The notes under the pieces are model-generated. The model made no database searches, was not told where the DNA came from, and worked only from the letters and a program-made list of their open reading frames with translations. A stretch of 64,000 nt of DNA from Candidatus Aenigmatarchaeota archaeon (GTDB lineage: Archaea > Aenigmatarchaeota > Aenigmatarchaeia > QMZP01 > QMZT01). A program made the translations under genes and the position numbers. This document shows, in pieces, positions 1 to 9,565 of the stretch. The stretch covers positions 1 through 64,000 of the forward strand of contig JBGPQP010000001.1 in the NCBI GenBank assembly GCA_041489155.1. Reading direction: 5' to 3'. Numbering within the stretch: position 1 is the stretch's first letter; every line of letters begins with the position of its first letter.

Positions 1-1
1 A

Positions 2-637
2 ACGAGGGACGCCTTGGGGAACTGTGGAGCTTCGTGTGGTTGCGTGTATGACCCGTTCACGTATGCGTGCGTGAAGGGGCAGTGCGGCGCCGCGTGCGCT
101 GTGAACAGCGACTGCACATGTCAGCAGGATGGATGCGTGGGAAAGGATTATTATGATTATCCATCACAGGGTGCTTGCACCAATGGCTGCACATGCGACC
201 AGGGTGCTTGCACGCCAGCCATCAGCTGTAACGATCCCAGATGCTCGCATAAAGTTTGCGATTACCAGTTACAGGCATGCAGCCTAGTGGAAGGTGCGGG
301 TACGAACGAATGCAACAGCAATGATGATTGTTATTACAGCGCATGCGATTACAACCAAAACGCGTGCGTAAAGAAGGACGGCACACAGACTGACCAATGC
401 TCAACATGGTCGGATTGCATACGCAAGGTCTGCAATTACCAGACACTGACATGCGATGTCGTGGAATCCCTAGGAACGAGCGAATGCTCGAGTTTCAGCG
501 ATTGTACTGAATATCATTACGAGTGCACGAATTGGTACATGTGCGAAGCAGTGCCTGGACCAGGAACAAATGAATGCAATCCGGCTAAGTCAACGGCTTG
601 CGGCATGGACCCAAGAGACCCGTTGCCTTTGGTGTAA
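2..637 (+). CDS. Cys-rich repeat protein, C-terminal part (5'-truncated by window); probably extracellular
   Basis: Frame open from position 2; very Cys-rich; four ~29-aa repeats C-x5/6-C-x6-GTxEC-x5-C. Confidence 0.75.
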   Translation, partial: TRDALGNCGASCGCVYDPFTYACVKGQCGAACAVNSDCTCQQDGCVGKDYYDYPSQGACTNGCTCDQGACTPAISCNDPRCSHKVCDYQLQACSLVEGAGTNECNSNDDCYYSACDYNQNACVKKDGTQTDQCSTWSDCIRKVCNYQTLTCDVVESLGTSECSSFSDCTEYHYECTNWYMCEAVPGPGTNECNPAKSTACGMDPRDPLPLV

Positions 638-720
638 TTTACTATCACAAAATCATTGTGGCGAAGATGGGCTAAAGTCATTTATAAATACGCCTCGGAA
701 TTATTTTATTACGTGATTTT

Positions 721-1149
721 ATGGCAGCCAGCGAAAAGCTCAACGAAAAATACGTGCTCTACCAGATTCTTGCACAGAACCTTGAAGTGCTGAGGCAGCA
801 GATGGAACTCGTGCAACAGCAGCTCTTTGAGCTCAAAGCAACGCTGTTCTCCATGGAAGACGTAAGGAAAATGGGCGAAAACAATGAGATATTCCTGCCC
901 ATAGGAAGCGGCTGCTTCGGGAAGGGCAATGTCACCGACCACGAGCACATACTGGTCAACGTCGGGGCAGGCATCTTCATAAACGAAAGGACTGCAGACG
1001 CGAAATCATTCTTGGAAGAGCGATTGAATGAAATTGAAAAGGCAGGCAAGGAGATAGAGGAACAGGCAGAAAAAATAGCGGCACAGATGAACGAGCTTGC
1101 CGCCGATATCCAGAAAATAGCGCTAAGCGAACAGGACAAGAAATCTTAA
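721..1149 (+). CDS. pfdA: Prefoldin alpha subunit
   Basis: Coiled coil - IFLPIGSG...ILVNVGAGIFIN hairpins - coiled coil. Confidence 0.92.
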   Translation: MAASEKLNEKYVLYQILAQNLEVLRQQMELVQQQLFELKATLFSMEDVRKMGENNEIFLPIGSGCFGKGNVTDHEHILVNVGAGIFINERTADAKSFLEERLNEIEKAGKEIEEQAEKIAAQMNELAADIQKIALSEQDKKS

Positions 1150-1175
1150 TTTATACGCCGCGCCATATTTTATAT

Positions 1176-1409
1176 ATGATATTGGCGCTTCTTTCGATAC
1201 CAGTCGTGCTGTTCAGCCTGCTTGCCGTGCGCTCAAAGGATCTGCTGGTTTCTGTAATATTCACCGGTGTCGTATCGATGTGCCTGGCTATGATATTTCT
1301 TGTGCTGCAAGCGCCTGACATCGCCATAACGGAAGCATCCATCAATGCAGGTCTTACCACGCTGATCTATGTGATAGCCATAAAGAAAACGAGGAGGCAA
1401 GAGGAATGA
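1176..1409 (+). CDS. mbhD: Mbh/Mrp-type membrane subunit (MbhD/DUF4040-like)
   Basis: 3 TM helices, LQAPDIAITEASINAGL motif. Confidence 0.8.
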   Translation: MILALLSIPVVLFSLLAVRSKDLLVSVIFTGVVSMCLAMIFLVLQAPDIAITEASINAGLTTLIYVIAIKKTRRQEE

Positions 1410-1684
1410 TAAAAAAAGCGATGCTTGGTATATGCCTCCTCATCATTTTTTTGATGGTAACAGCAGTTCTTGCTTCGTCCAGTTTCAATCCGTGGGAAGG
1501 GAAAAGGGTGTCAAGATATTACATAGAAAACAGCGTTGAAAAAACCGGTTCGTCAAGCATAGTTTCGGCGATAGTCTGGGATTTCAGGGGCTTCGACACG
1601 ATGGGAGAGGAGACCGTCCTGTTCACTGCAACAGCAGGCATTCTCACCGTCATGGCTTTGGGTTTCGCCAGGAGGAAAAAATAA
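1406..1684 (+). CDS. mbhE: Mbh-type membrane subunit (MbhE-like)
   Basis: VSAIVWDFRGFDTMGEETVLF motif of MrpB-N/MbhE. Confidence 0.82.
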   Translation: MIKKAMLGICLLIIFLMVTAVLASSSFNPWEGKRVSRYYIENSVEKTGSSSIVSAIVWDFRGFDTMGEETVLFTATAGILTVMALGFARRKK

Positions 1685-2079
1685 TGGACGTGATAGTCAG
1701 GACTGTGGTGAAGGGGATTTTTCCTTTCGTGCTGCTGCTAGGCTTTTCCATAATATTCCACGGTCATCTGACACCGGGGGGTTCATTCCCTGGCGGCGCT
1801 GTGGTGGCGTCCGGCTTCGCTCTGGTTGTTGTTGCTTTCGGTGTCGGCAAGGCGGAAAAACTGATAAGCGAGAGAACAGTCCACATAATGGAGAGCGCTG
1901 TGGCACTTATGATGGCCCTGCTCATACTTTACGAATCCTTCCTTAGGAAATACGTTGGCCTGACAGGACAGATGTTCAATATCTGGAGCTCGCCCGAGGT
2001 ATTGTCGCTTAACGTTGCCGGAGGCGTTATGGTCCTGTCTGCCTTGATATTGATAGTGTTCCTGATGGTAAACGAGTGA
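1684..2079 (+). CDS. mbhF: MnhB-domain subunit (MbhF-like)
   Basis: HGHLTPGGSFPGG motif. Confidence 0.85.
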   Translation: MDVIVRTVVKGIFPFVLLLGFSIIFHGHLTPGGSFPGGAVVASGFALVVVAFGVGKAEKLISERTVHIMESAVALMMALLILYESFLRKYVGLTGQMFNIWSSPEVLSLNVAGGVMVLSALILIVFLMVNE

Positions 2080-2083
2080 TAAC

Positions 2084-2434
2084 ATGCTAGAAACCTTTTT
2101 AACCGGGGCCCTGCTGGCGATAATAGGCATATACTGCGTGGTGGTCAAGAAAAATCTTTTAAAGAAACTGATAGGCCTTGGCATATTCACCAATTGCATT
2201 CATCTGCTGTTCATATCAATAGGCTACAGAAACGGCGGCATGGCTCCGATTGTGACTCCAGAGAACATGGGCTTTATTGCTTCGTACGCGGTCGATCCAA
2301 TACCTCAGGCTCTTGTCCTGACATCGATAGTGATTCAGCTGAGCGTCACCGCATTAGGTCTCAGCATAGCGATACTCGCCTTCCGCCATAACAAGACGCT
2401 TGACACGGATAAAATGAACAAGATCAGGGGTTAG
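2084..2434 (+). CDS. mbhG: MnhC/MrpC-like subunit (MbhG-like)
   Basis: NLLKKLIGL and VDPIPQALVLTSIVI motifs. Confidence 0.88.
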   Translation: MLETFLTGALLAIIGIYCVVVKKNLLKKLIGLGIFTNCIHLLFISIGYRNGGMAPIVTPENMGFIASYAVDPIPQALVLTSIVIQLSVTALGLSIAILAFRHNKTLDTDKMNKIRG

Positions 2435-2436
2435 AT

Positions 2437-3849
2437 ATGCTCGAATACATGATAGCAGTGCTGATAGTTTCGGCGTTCCTGATGCTTACGATAAGAAGGG
2501 ATTTCATAGCAATAGCAGCGATAATAATATCTTTCATCATGGTGGCGGTGATATTTCTTCAGGGCCAGATAACCATCGTTAGATACGGCGGCTGGATGCC
2601 GCCTTTCGGGATAGTATGGGTGGTGGACAGGCTCAACGCTTTCATCGGCCTAATAACAGCCGGCATGTGCTCTCTTGTAGCGATATATTCAATAAAATAT
2701 ATCAGGCACAGGAGGCACAGGTTTTACACGCTTCTTTGCCTGATGACCGCAGGGCTGCTTGGCGTATGTCTGACAGGAGACATATTCAACATGTACGTCT
2801 TCTTCGAAATCCTCTCGATATCTTCATATGGCCTTGTAGCGTTTTTCCTCGACGAGCATGCGATAGAGGGGGCGTTCAAATATCTTGTGATGGGCTCGCT
2901 GGGAAGCTCATTCCTTCTCCTCGGAATAGCCCTGATCTACGGCATGTCTGGAACGCTAAACATGGCTGACATCGCGCTTTTTGCTAGTGGCGGTAACCAT
3001 TCACCTTATTTGATATTCGCGGTTTTCCTTGTAATCTGCGGTTTTGGCCTCAAGGCGGCGATAGTGCCCTTCCATGCATGGAAACCAGACGCCATTGAAG
3101 GGACGCCCATATCCCTGGGCGCCCTCTTCGCGACGGCTTCGTCTGCGATAGGGGTTTATGGGATAATGAGGGTACTCTTCATTTTCGGCCTGCTGCAGTT
3201 GAATTTCGTGCTCATAGGCTTAGGCATCATAACCATGCTGACAGGAGCGCTTCTCGCCCTCGTCCAGACCAATGTCAAAAGGATGCTCGCTTACTCGAGC
3301 ATATCGCAGATGGGATACGTGATAATGGCCATAGGCCTTGGCACGACAGCGGGTCTGGTTTCAGGCCTTTACCACATACTCAACAACACGCTCATAAAAG
3401 GGTTGCTTTTCATGGCAATAGGCTGCGTGATATACATAACGGGAAAGGAGGAACTGGACGAGATGGGCATTAACAACACGCCGCTTCTCATATGCATCGG
3501 AATAGGCGTGCTTTCGATGGCAGGCATTCCGCCGTTCAACGGTTTCGTTTCGAACTGGCTTATATTCATGGCATCATGGGAGATAAGCCCGCTGCTGACC
3601 ATCATCGCAGTCGCTGCCTCTGCCATAACGCTTGCCTATGGCCTGAAAATATTCTCTGCCATATTCTTTTCCACCAGAAGGCTGGAAGGCAAGATACCTA
3701 AAACCATGCTGATTCCTGTGATCATTCTGACGTTTTTATGCGTGCTTATAGGCTTTTTCCCGCAGCTCGGACTTAACATGGTTGAGCCGGCGAGCAGCGC
3801 TTTATTAAATCAGAATCAATATATAACTGCTGTGCTTGGAGGGGGATGA
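2437..3849 (+). CDS. mbhH: Antiporter-like proton-translocating subunit (MrpD/MbhH)
   Basis: TGDIFNMYVFFEI, KAAIVPFHAWKPDA, KRMLAYSSISQMG, GIPPFNGF motifs. Confidence 0.9.
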   Translation: MLEYMIAVLIVSAFLMLTIRRDFIAIAAIIISFIMVAVIFLQGQITIVRYGGWMPPFGIVWVVDRLNAFIGLITAGMCSLVAIYSIKYIRHRRHRFYTLLCLMTAGLLGVCLTGDIFNMYVFFEILSISSYGLVAFFLDEHAIEGAFKYLVMGSLGSSFLLLGIALIYGMSGTLNMADIALFASGGNHSPYLIFAVFLVICGFGLKAAIVPFHAWKPDAIEGTPISLGALFATASSAIGVYGIMRVLFIFGLLQLNFVLIGLGIITMLTGALLALVQTNVKRMLAYSSISQMGYVIMAIGLGTTAGLVSGLYHILNNTLIKGLLFMAIGCVIYITGKEELDEMGINNTPLLICIGIGVLSMAGIPPFNGFVSNWLIFMASWEISPLLTIIAVAASAITLAYGLKIFSAIFFSTRRLEGKIPKTMLIPVIILTFLCVLIGFFPQLGLNMVEPASSALLNQNQYITAVLGGG

Positions 3850-4157
3850 TGTTCGAGTACTGGTCATTGTTCGTCCTGACTTTTGCTGGTTTCATTGGCC
3901 TCGGCCTGCTGATATATTTTCTGGGCAGCCGCAAATCCAGGCCTGAAAAAAAGAAGTACGAGACTTACACATGCGGCGAGCCTTTCCAGAAGGTCAGCAT
4001 CGGCCCCGAAAACTTCTATGATGCTATAATCAAAAATCTTGGAATATCCGGCCTGCGAAACCTGCATTCGGGCAAACTTTCAGACTACCTGTTGTGGCTC
4101 GTGGTCGGCATAACCGCAGTCATCGTGCTCATGGTTTCATGGTCTGTCATGTGGTGA
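3846..4157 (+). CDS. mbhI: MbhI-like small membrane subunit
   Basis: TM - KYETYTCGE - LHSGKLSDYLLW - TM; operon position. Confidence 0.7.
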   Translation: MMFEYWSLFVLTFAGFIGLGLLIYFLGSRKSRPEKKKYETYTCGEPFQKVSIGPENFYDAIIKNLGISGLRNLHSGKLSDYLLWLVVGITAVIVLMVSWSVMW

Positions 4158-4159
4158 AA

Positions 4160-4636
4160 ATGAAGGAAGAAATGCTTAAAATCGAGGCAAAGATGCAGGA
4201 AAAAACTAAAAAATCTCTGCTGCAAAAAGTCGCGGGCCGCTACAGGAAAAAATCGCCATGGATCCTTCATATAGGGGCCAGCGGTTGTAACGGCTGCGCC
4301 ATAGAAATCCTCGCTGCCCTCACGCCCAAGCATGATGTAGAGCGCTTTGGCATCGTTGCGAAAGGCTCGCCCAGGCATGCAGACATACTTGTCGTTGAAG
4401 GCCCTGTTAACGCGAAAATGAAGGAACGACTGCTGACGATATATCAGCAGATGCCTGACCCGAAATACGTCATCGCCTTCGGCGCGTGCCCGATTTCGAA
4501 GGGCGTGTTTTACGACAGTTACAACGTCGTCGGCCCGCTCGACAAAATCATGCCCGTTGATGTCTATGTTCCAGGCTGCCCGCCGAAGCCCGAAGCCCTT
4601 ATAGAAGCCATCATAAAAGTAATGGAGAAGATGTGA
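4160..4636 (+). CDS. mbhJ: Group 4 hydrogenase-like small Fe-S subunit (MbhJ/NuoB family)
   Basis: GCNGCAIE, SPRHADIL, FGACP, VPGCPP; start moved to ATG 4160 behind a GGTGA RBS. Confidence 0.88.
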   Translation: MKEEMLKIEAKMQEKTKKSLLQKVAGRYRKKSPWILHIGASGCNGCAIEILAALTPKHDVERFGIVAKGSPRHADILVVEGPVNAKMKERLLTIYQQMPDPKYVIAFGACPISKGVFYDSYNVVGPLDKIMPVDVYVPGCPPKPEALIEAIIKVMEKM

Positions 4637-4637
4637 C

Positions 4638-5027
4638 ATGCACGTTGAAAATTACGTAAAGAAATTCAGGCCAAAGGAAGAAGGCAAGAATCTCTGGATC
4701 ACCATGCAGACCAGCAAGCTCCGGCCAGCCCTTGAGCATCTCAGGTCGATCGGGCTTGCAAGGATATCGTCGATAACGGGCACGGACACGGGGAAAGAAA
4801 TCGATGTCATATATCATTTCATACACAAGAACAGAACCATAAACATCAGGATTTCAGTGGACAAGAAAGATTGCTCAGTCGAAAGCATAACGGACATCTA
4901 TCCAGGAGCGAACCTTTTCGAGAGAGAGCTGAGCGAGATGCTGGGCATAAAGGTGAAACATCATCCGAACCCCAAAAATCTCTTCCTGTCCAGCGAATCA
5001 CCGGCGCATCCTTTGAGAAAATCTTAG
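4638..5027 (+). CDS. mbhK: NuoC/MbhK-like subunit
   Basis: ISSITGTD, SITDIYPGANLFERELSEMLGI, HPLRK. Confidence 0.85.
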   Translation: MHVENYVKKFRPKEEGKNLWITMQTSKLRPALEHLRSIGLARISSITGTDTGKEIDVIYHFIHKNRTINIRISVDKKDCSVESITDIYPGANLFERELSEMLGIKVKHHPNPKNLFLSSESPAHPLRKS

Positions 5028-5042
5028 TTTTTCGTATATCCT

Positions 5043-5858
5043 TTACCTGAAACCTATCGCGTAATAAGCTACGACAGATGAATAATCGCCGGTCCCGTCC
5101 CCGGAATTTGTGTGGTGCACTATCTCAACGGATTTCATTCCCAGGTCTTTGGCGGCGTACATAAGAACGGCGATAGGGCCGTAACCGCACACCGATGCGT
5201 CGATTTCGTCCAGCGTCCCGAAGAAGCCTTTGGGGTCGAGTTTCTTTATCGTTTCTATGGCCTTCGCGTCTCTGGAATCAGCGATTTTCGCCGGAAGATA
5301 ATGCGAGAAGTCAGACGAAGCGATAACGCCTATGTTTTTTCCCCTTATCGTTTTCGCTATCTGTTTTCCGAGCGCCTCGCACTGGCCGAGGAACTCGCTG
5401 GAATAATCAATGTTGGATATGCTTATCGGGACAAATTTAAAATCAGCGAAGAGGCGTTTGAGGAAGGGAAGCTGGACCTCTATCGAATGTTCATGCGCAT
5501 GACCAAGCTCGTCTTCTTTCAGGACATCGCATTTCAGAAGCTCTTTTGCAAGACTCGAATCTATATCTGCATTGCCCAATGGCGTTTCCCAGGAGCCGGA
5601 AGAAACGATGGCGAATTCATGTCCTATCGCATTGTGATTGGGACCGAGTATGATGAAGCTTTTGGCCGGTTTGAGCGAGCTGATGGCGAAGGCTGCTGTT
5701 CGCCCCGAATATTCGTAACCTGCATGCGGCGAAACGACAAGGGCAAAATTGTTTCTGGGCACGCCGTCGAAGAGCTTGGAAAGCATTCGGTCAAGCGAAG
5801 CCTTGCTGAACGGATAAAACGTCCCTGAGACAACGGGCCTTCTTATCTTGTCTGCCAT
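5043..5858 (-). CDS. MEMO1 family protein (AmmeMemoRadiSam protein B)
   Basis: RRPVVSGTFYP, PHAGYEYSG, GPNH, EHSIEVQLPF, SSDFSHY, CGYGP. Confidence 0.93.
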   Translation of the reverse strand: MADKIRRPVVSGTFYPFSKASLDRMLSKLFDGVPRNNFALVVSPHAGYEYSGRTAAFAISSLKPAKSFIILGPNHNAIGHEFAIVSSGSWETPLGNADIDSSLAKELLKCDVLKEDELGHAHEHSIEVQLPFLKRLFADFKFVPISISNIDYSSEFLGQCEALGKQIAKTIRGKNIGVIASSDFSHYLPAKIADSRDAKAIETIKKLDPKGFFGTLDEIDASVCGYGPIAVLMYAAKDLGMKSVEIVHHTNSGDGTGDYSSVVAYYAIGFR

Positions 5859-5893
5859 GTTTAGTGATTGTTTTCGCCTTTAAAAAATTTATT

Positions 5894-6580
5894 ATGACCG
5901 GAAAACAAATGATAGATATGAAAAACCCAAGCGGCATAGCCGGCCTTGACGAATTGATGGAAGGCGGCTTTGAGGAAGGGAGCATAAACCTCGTGACAGG
6001 TAAAACTGGAACCGGAAAATCGATTTTTTCAGCGCAGTTCGTTTACAACGGAGCAAAAAAATACAAGGAAAAGGGCCTTTACATAACGACAGGGGACACG
6101 ATGAAAAACATCAAGAAACAGTCGTCAAAAATCGGCTGGGACATAGACGCGCTCGAAAAGGAAGGTATGCTGAAGGTAGTGGAAGTCGAGCCGTATGACA
6201 TAGAGAAACTGCTGGAAAACATATCGATAGGGAAGGAGATGGCCCAAGCAAAGAGGGTCGTCATCGATTCCGTCAGCATGTTCGAGCTTTACATGCAGGA
6301 TCCCTACAAGATAAGGAAGAACCTTTTTTCAATACTGCAGAAATTAAGGGACATGGGCAAGACGGTTGTGGTGGTCGCAGAGGTTCCGGAGGACAGCAAA
6401 AACCTTTCGAGGACGGGCGTAATAGAGTTCATGGTGGACAGCGTGATAGTTTTGCAGTTCCTTGGCATAGCTAAATACAAGCGCTCTCTTATGATAAGAA
6501 AGATGAGAATGACTGATCATTCGACTGATATACACCCATTCGTCATAGGCTCAAGCGGTATAAAGATATTGAAAATGTAA
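5894..6580 (+). CDS. KaiC/RAD55-like RecA-superfamily ATPase (single domain)
   Basis: SGIAGLDELMEGG, Walker A GKTGTGKS, Walker B RVVIDS, KMR motif; start uncertain (5894-5918). Confidence 0.88.
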   Translation: MTGKQMIDMKNPSGIAGLDELMEGGFEEGSINLVTGKTGTGKSIFSAQFVYNGAKKYKEKGLYITTGDTMKNIKKQSSKIGWDIDALEKEGMLKVVEVEPYDIEKLLENISIGKEMAQAKRVVIDSVSMFELYMQDPYKIRKNLFSILQKLRDMGKTVVVVAEVPEDSKNLSRTGVIEFMVDSVIVLQFLGIAKYKRSLMIRKMRMTDHSTDIHPFVIGSSGIKILKM

Positions 6581-6591
6581 TTACGCTCAAT

Positions 6592-7413
6592 CTAGATGTA
6601 TGAGATCTTCAGCTGTTTTTTTACGTGTTTCAGCGGCTCAAGGAAATAGAAATTAAAATCGCATGTCAGCTTGCTCCTCACTTTGTAGTTTTTATTGAAT
6701 ATCCTCAGCCTGAACTCGACAGTTTTCCCCACGTCCAGCTCGTTTACGTCTATTTTTGTCCCCAACTCCTTGGAGTAAAAGGAGGAATAAATGGTATAAA
6801 CTGCGCTGTTAAATCTGTTTTCATAGCCGAACTGCGGATATCCTTCGATGACCTCCACCCGGTCGGTTACTATGCTGTCAATATTTTGGCCTGTAGCAGA
6901 ATCGGTGCAGGTGTATGTTGCCCTTATATTACGGAATTTGGTTTTGTCCGCAGTTATGTTAAGATAAAAGTCCGGCTTCTTATCGGTCTCATTGCTTCCA
7001 GTGTGAATGAAGACGTATGTGTCGTTCTCCATGTAATCAGGGCCGAAGTACGAATGGGTAAAGTTCGTGATCTTTACTACTGTGCAATCTTCCGGACACT
7101 CGTTGGCTACGTCTTCATTCGGTTCGCATTCTCCGTTGCCGCAGCATGGCTTGATGATATCGTGTCTGCATTCGAAATTCGTCTGCAGGGAGCAGTAATC
7201 ATTTGTGCAGAGCTTTGAATCATCGCACGAGGCAGGGCATGTCTTTTCGTTTATGTCGCACACGCCGTTATTGTCGTTGTCGAAACAACAGGTATTGTTC
7301 ACCAGTTTTTCGGGCTCGACGCATGTTATGTCCGCCGGCTGGTCTCCAACGCTTATGCAACCTGAGGCTACAATTACAAGAACAATGAAGAGTATTAGAA
7401 TTAGTTTTCTCAT
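6592..7413 (-). CDS. Putative lipoprotein with Cys-rich N-terminal region
   Basis: Signal peptide ending VASGC; CCFDNDNNGVCD, CDDSKLCTNDYC, CCGNGECE...CPEDC modules. Confidence 0.7.
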   Translation of the reverse strand: MRKLILILFIVLVIVASGCISVGDQPADITCVEPEKLVNNTCCFDNDNNGVCDINEKTCPASCDDSKLCTNDYCSLQTNFECRHDIIKPCCGNGECEPNEDVANECPEDCTVVKITNFTHSYFGPDYMENDTYVFIHTGSNETDKKPDFYLNITADKTKFRNIRATYTCTDSATGQNIDSIVTDRVEVIEGYPQFGYENRFNSAVYTIYSSFYSKELGTKIDVNELDVGKTVEFRLRIFNKNYKVRSKLTCDFNFYFLEPLKHVKKQLKISYI

Positions 7414-7448
7414 AATTAAATTATCATTCTCAGCTAATAAAAAATTTC

Positions 7449-9149
7449 TTACATGCTTTCGAGTACTTCAATGCCCAGGAAGATTAGGGCATTTTTCATT
7501 ACAACAGTAAAAGCTTCGACGAGAGCGAGCCTCGCTGCCTTCATGCTTTCTTCAGCCTTCAGAACAGGAATGAACTGGTAAAATTCGTTGAATTTCGTTG
7601 AGATCTCATAGCAGAAATTCGCTACGTAATGCGGCCTGAAATCTTCGGAGGCTTTCCTGACCGTTTCAGGGAATTCTGATATCATTCTTACGAGGTCTCT
7701 CTCATGCTGTTCTTTGAGAAGGGACATGTCGAATTCCTTCGCCTTCTCGCCAGCGTTCCTCAGTATCGAGCAGGCACGCGCATAGGTATACAACAGATAA
7801 GGAGCAGCATTACCCTCGAAATCGAGCGCGCTTTTCCAGTCGAAGATTATCGTCTTGTTGGGTGAGGTCTTTATCATGTCGTATTTCAGCGAAGCGAGGG
7901 CGATAACTTTTGAGATGTGCTCGAGCCTGGCTTTCTCGATGTTCTCATGCCTTTTCGCAGTCTCTTCTCTCGCATGTTTCTCAAGTTCTGCCAGCACGTC
8001 CTCGTAAAGTACGACTATCCCTTCCCTAGATGCCATCTTACCCGTCGGCAGATTCACGAGCTCATAGCAGAGATGGTAACTCTTTCCGGCCATAGGGGAT
8101 TTCATCAGCTCGAACGTCTTGAACAGCTGCTGAAAATACATCTTCTGTTCAGACCCGACGACGTGGATTGACTTGTCCACTTTGTACTCTTTCAATTTGA
8201 TTTCAGCGAGGCCCAGGTCCTTTGCCGAATACAAAGGCGTACCGTCTGATTTCAGCAGAATGAAAATGCCAAGCCCGTATTTCTCGAGGTCCATCAGTAT
8301 CGCGCCTTCGCTTTCCTTTGCTACCCTTTTTTTCAGCAGGGTTTTTGCAATTTCCGTCCCTGTCTTCTCGACCTCGCTCTCGAAATATAGCCTGTCGAAC
8401 TTTATGCCGAAGCTCTTGTATATCTCTTCGAAATAATCAAGGCTCCATTTCCTGGTTTCCTTCCATATCTTCGACAGCTTCGGGTCGCCGGCGTATATCT
8501 TTTGGTTTATCTCGTTTACTTCCGCTTCCAGCGCTTCGTCTTCCTTTATCTTTTTGCTGGCCTCGGCGTAAACCTTGCCCAGCCACTTGCCTCTGTCCTC
8601 CTCTGGCGATTTGCCGTCATGAAGTTTGAGGAAGCCCCAAACGCACCTCGCAACATGTGGCCCTATGTCACCCTGATAATTCGCCCGAATCACCTTATAG
8701 CCGGAGAAACCCAGCGTCCTTGCCAGCGCTTCACCCAAGCAGGCCGTGCGTATGTGGCCTATGTGCACCGCTTTATGTGTGTTGAAGTGGCAGTATTCAA
8801 CCATCACGTCCCCTTTTTCCGCGCCTTTGCCGTAGTTTTCCTTCTCCTTCAAAACGCTTTCAGTGACGCTCTGGCCGATCCTGTCCCAGTTGGCGAAGAA
8901 GTTCAGGTAGCCGCCTTTCACCTCGACCTTCGCAATCAGGCCAAAAGGCTTTATTTTTGCTCCAAGTTCCTGCGCTATCGCATCAGGCGCTTTCTTCATT
9001 TTCTTGGAAAGCGTGAAGCATGGGAAGGCGAAATCGCCGAAGCCATGCGGCGGCTTTTCCAAAATGATTTCTTCTTTTTTGAAACCTGTTGTTTTGACTA
9101 TCGTATGTACGATTTCATCTCTGAAATCAGTGAAAGTATTCAAAGCCAT
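7449..9149 (-). CDS. argS: Arginyl-tRNA synthetase
   Basis: HIGH motif (VHIGHIR), KMASREG, YLLYTYAR, C-terminal LGIEVLESM. Confidence 0.97.
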   Translation of the reverse strand: MALNTFTDFRDEIVHTIVKTTGFKKEEIILEKPPHGFGDFAFPCFTLSKKMKKAPDAIAQELGAKIKPFGLIAKVEVKGGYLNFFANWDRIGQSVTESVLKEKENYGKGAEKGDVMVEYCHFNTHKAVHIGHIRTACLGEALARTLGFSGYKVIRANYQGDIGPHVARCVWGFLKLHDGKSPEEDRGKWLGKVYAEASKKIKEDEALEAEVNEINQKIYAGDPKLSKIWKETRKWSLDYFEEIYKSFGIKFDRLYFESEVEKTGTEIAKTLLKKRVAKESEGAILMDLEKYGLGIFILLKSDGTPLYSAKDLGLAEIKLKEYKVDKSIHVVGSEQKMYFQQLFKTFELMKSPMAGKSYHLCYELVNLPTGKMASREGIVVLYEDVLAELEKHAREETAKRHENIEKARLEHISKVIALASLKYDMIKTSPNKTIIFDWKSALDFEGNAAPYLLYTYARACSILRNAGEKAKEFDMSLLKEQHERDLVRMISEFPETVRKASEDFRPHYVANFCYEISTKFNEFYQFIPVLKAEESMKAARLALVEAFTVVMKNALIFLGIEVLESM

Positions 9150-9231
9150 AATAATCTATTATCTTGCCGGACGATTTAAATCTCCAGCATAGGCTGATAA
9201 AAATAAGATAAAAACAAGTTAAGAAAAAAAC

Positions 9232-9462
9232 TTAAGTCTTTATGTTTTTCATTGCATGAGCCAATGCCAAATTACATGCACAGAAATCCATTCTTGAATC
9301 TGAAGGTGGTATACCTGAACCGTTTTGAAGATTATGATAAATCTCATCCAGTTTTTTTGCGTATGGACCATCAGGTATATGATTGTGCTGGCTTTGATTC
9401 AGACCCCAATACCACGGCCATTGAGTTCGTGGACTTCCTTGTTCTGAATGTTTTTGCGTCAT
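9232..9462 (-). CDS. Small hypothetical protein
   Basis: 76-aa ORF in an AT-rich gap; no recognised motif. Confidence 0.35.
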   Translation of the reverse strand: MTQKHSEQGSPRTQWPWYWGLNQSQHNHIPDGPYAKKLDEIYHNLQNGSGIPPSDSRMDFCACNLALAHAMKNIKT

Positions 9463-9565
9463 TCCGCTATCTATAGCGCTGCAAGCTTATATAGTTTTCG
9501 TGCCATCTAAAACATGACGGGACATTTTTGTTCCATTTGGAACATATGGAAACGGTGAACAGGTA

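Noticed and set aside
4094..4159. N-terminal extension of mbhJ
   Set aside because: Overlaps mbhI; ATG 4160 has an RBS.
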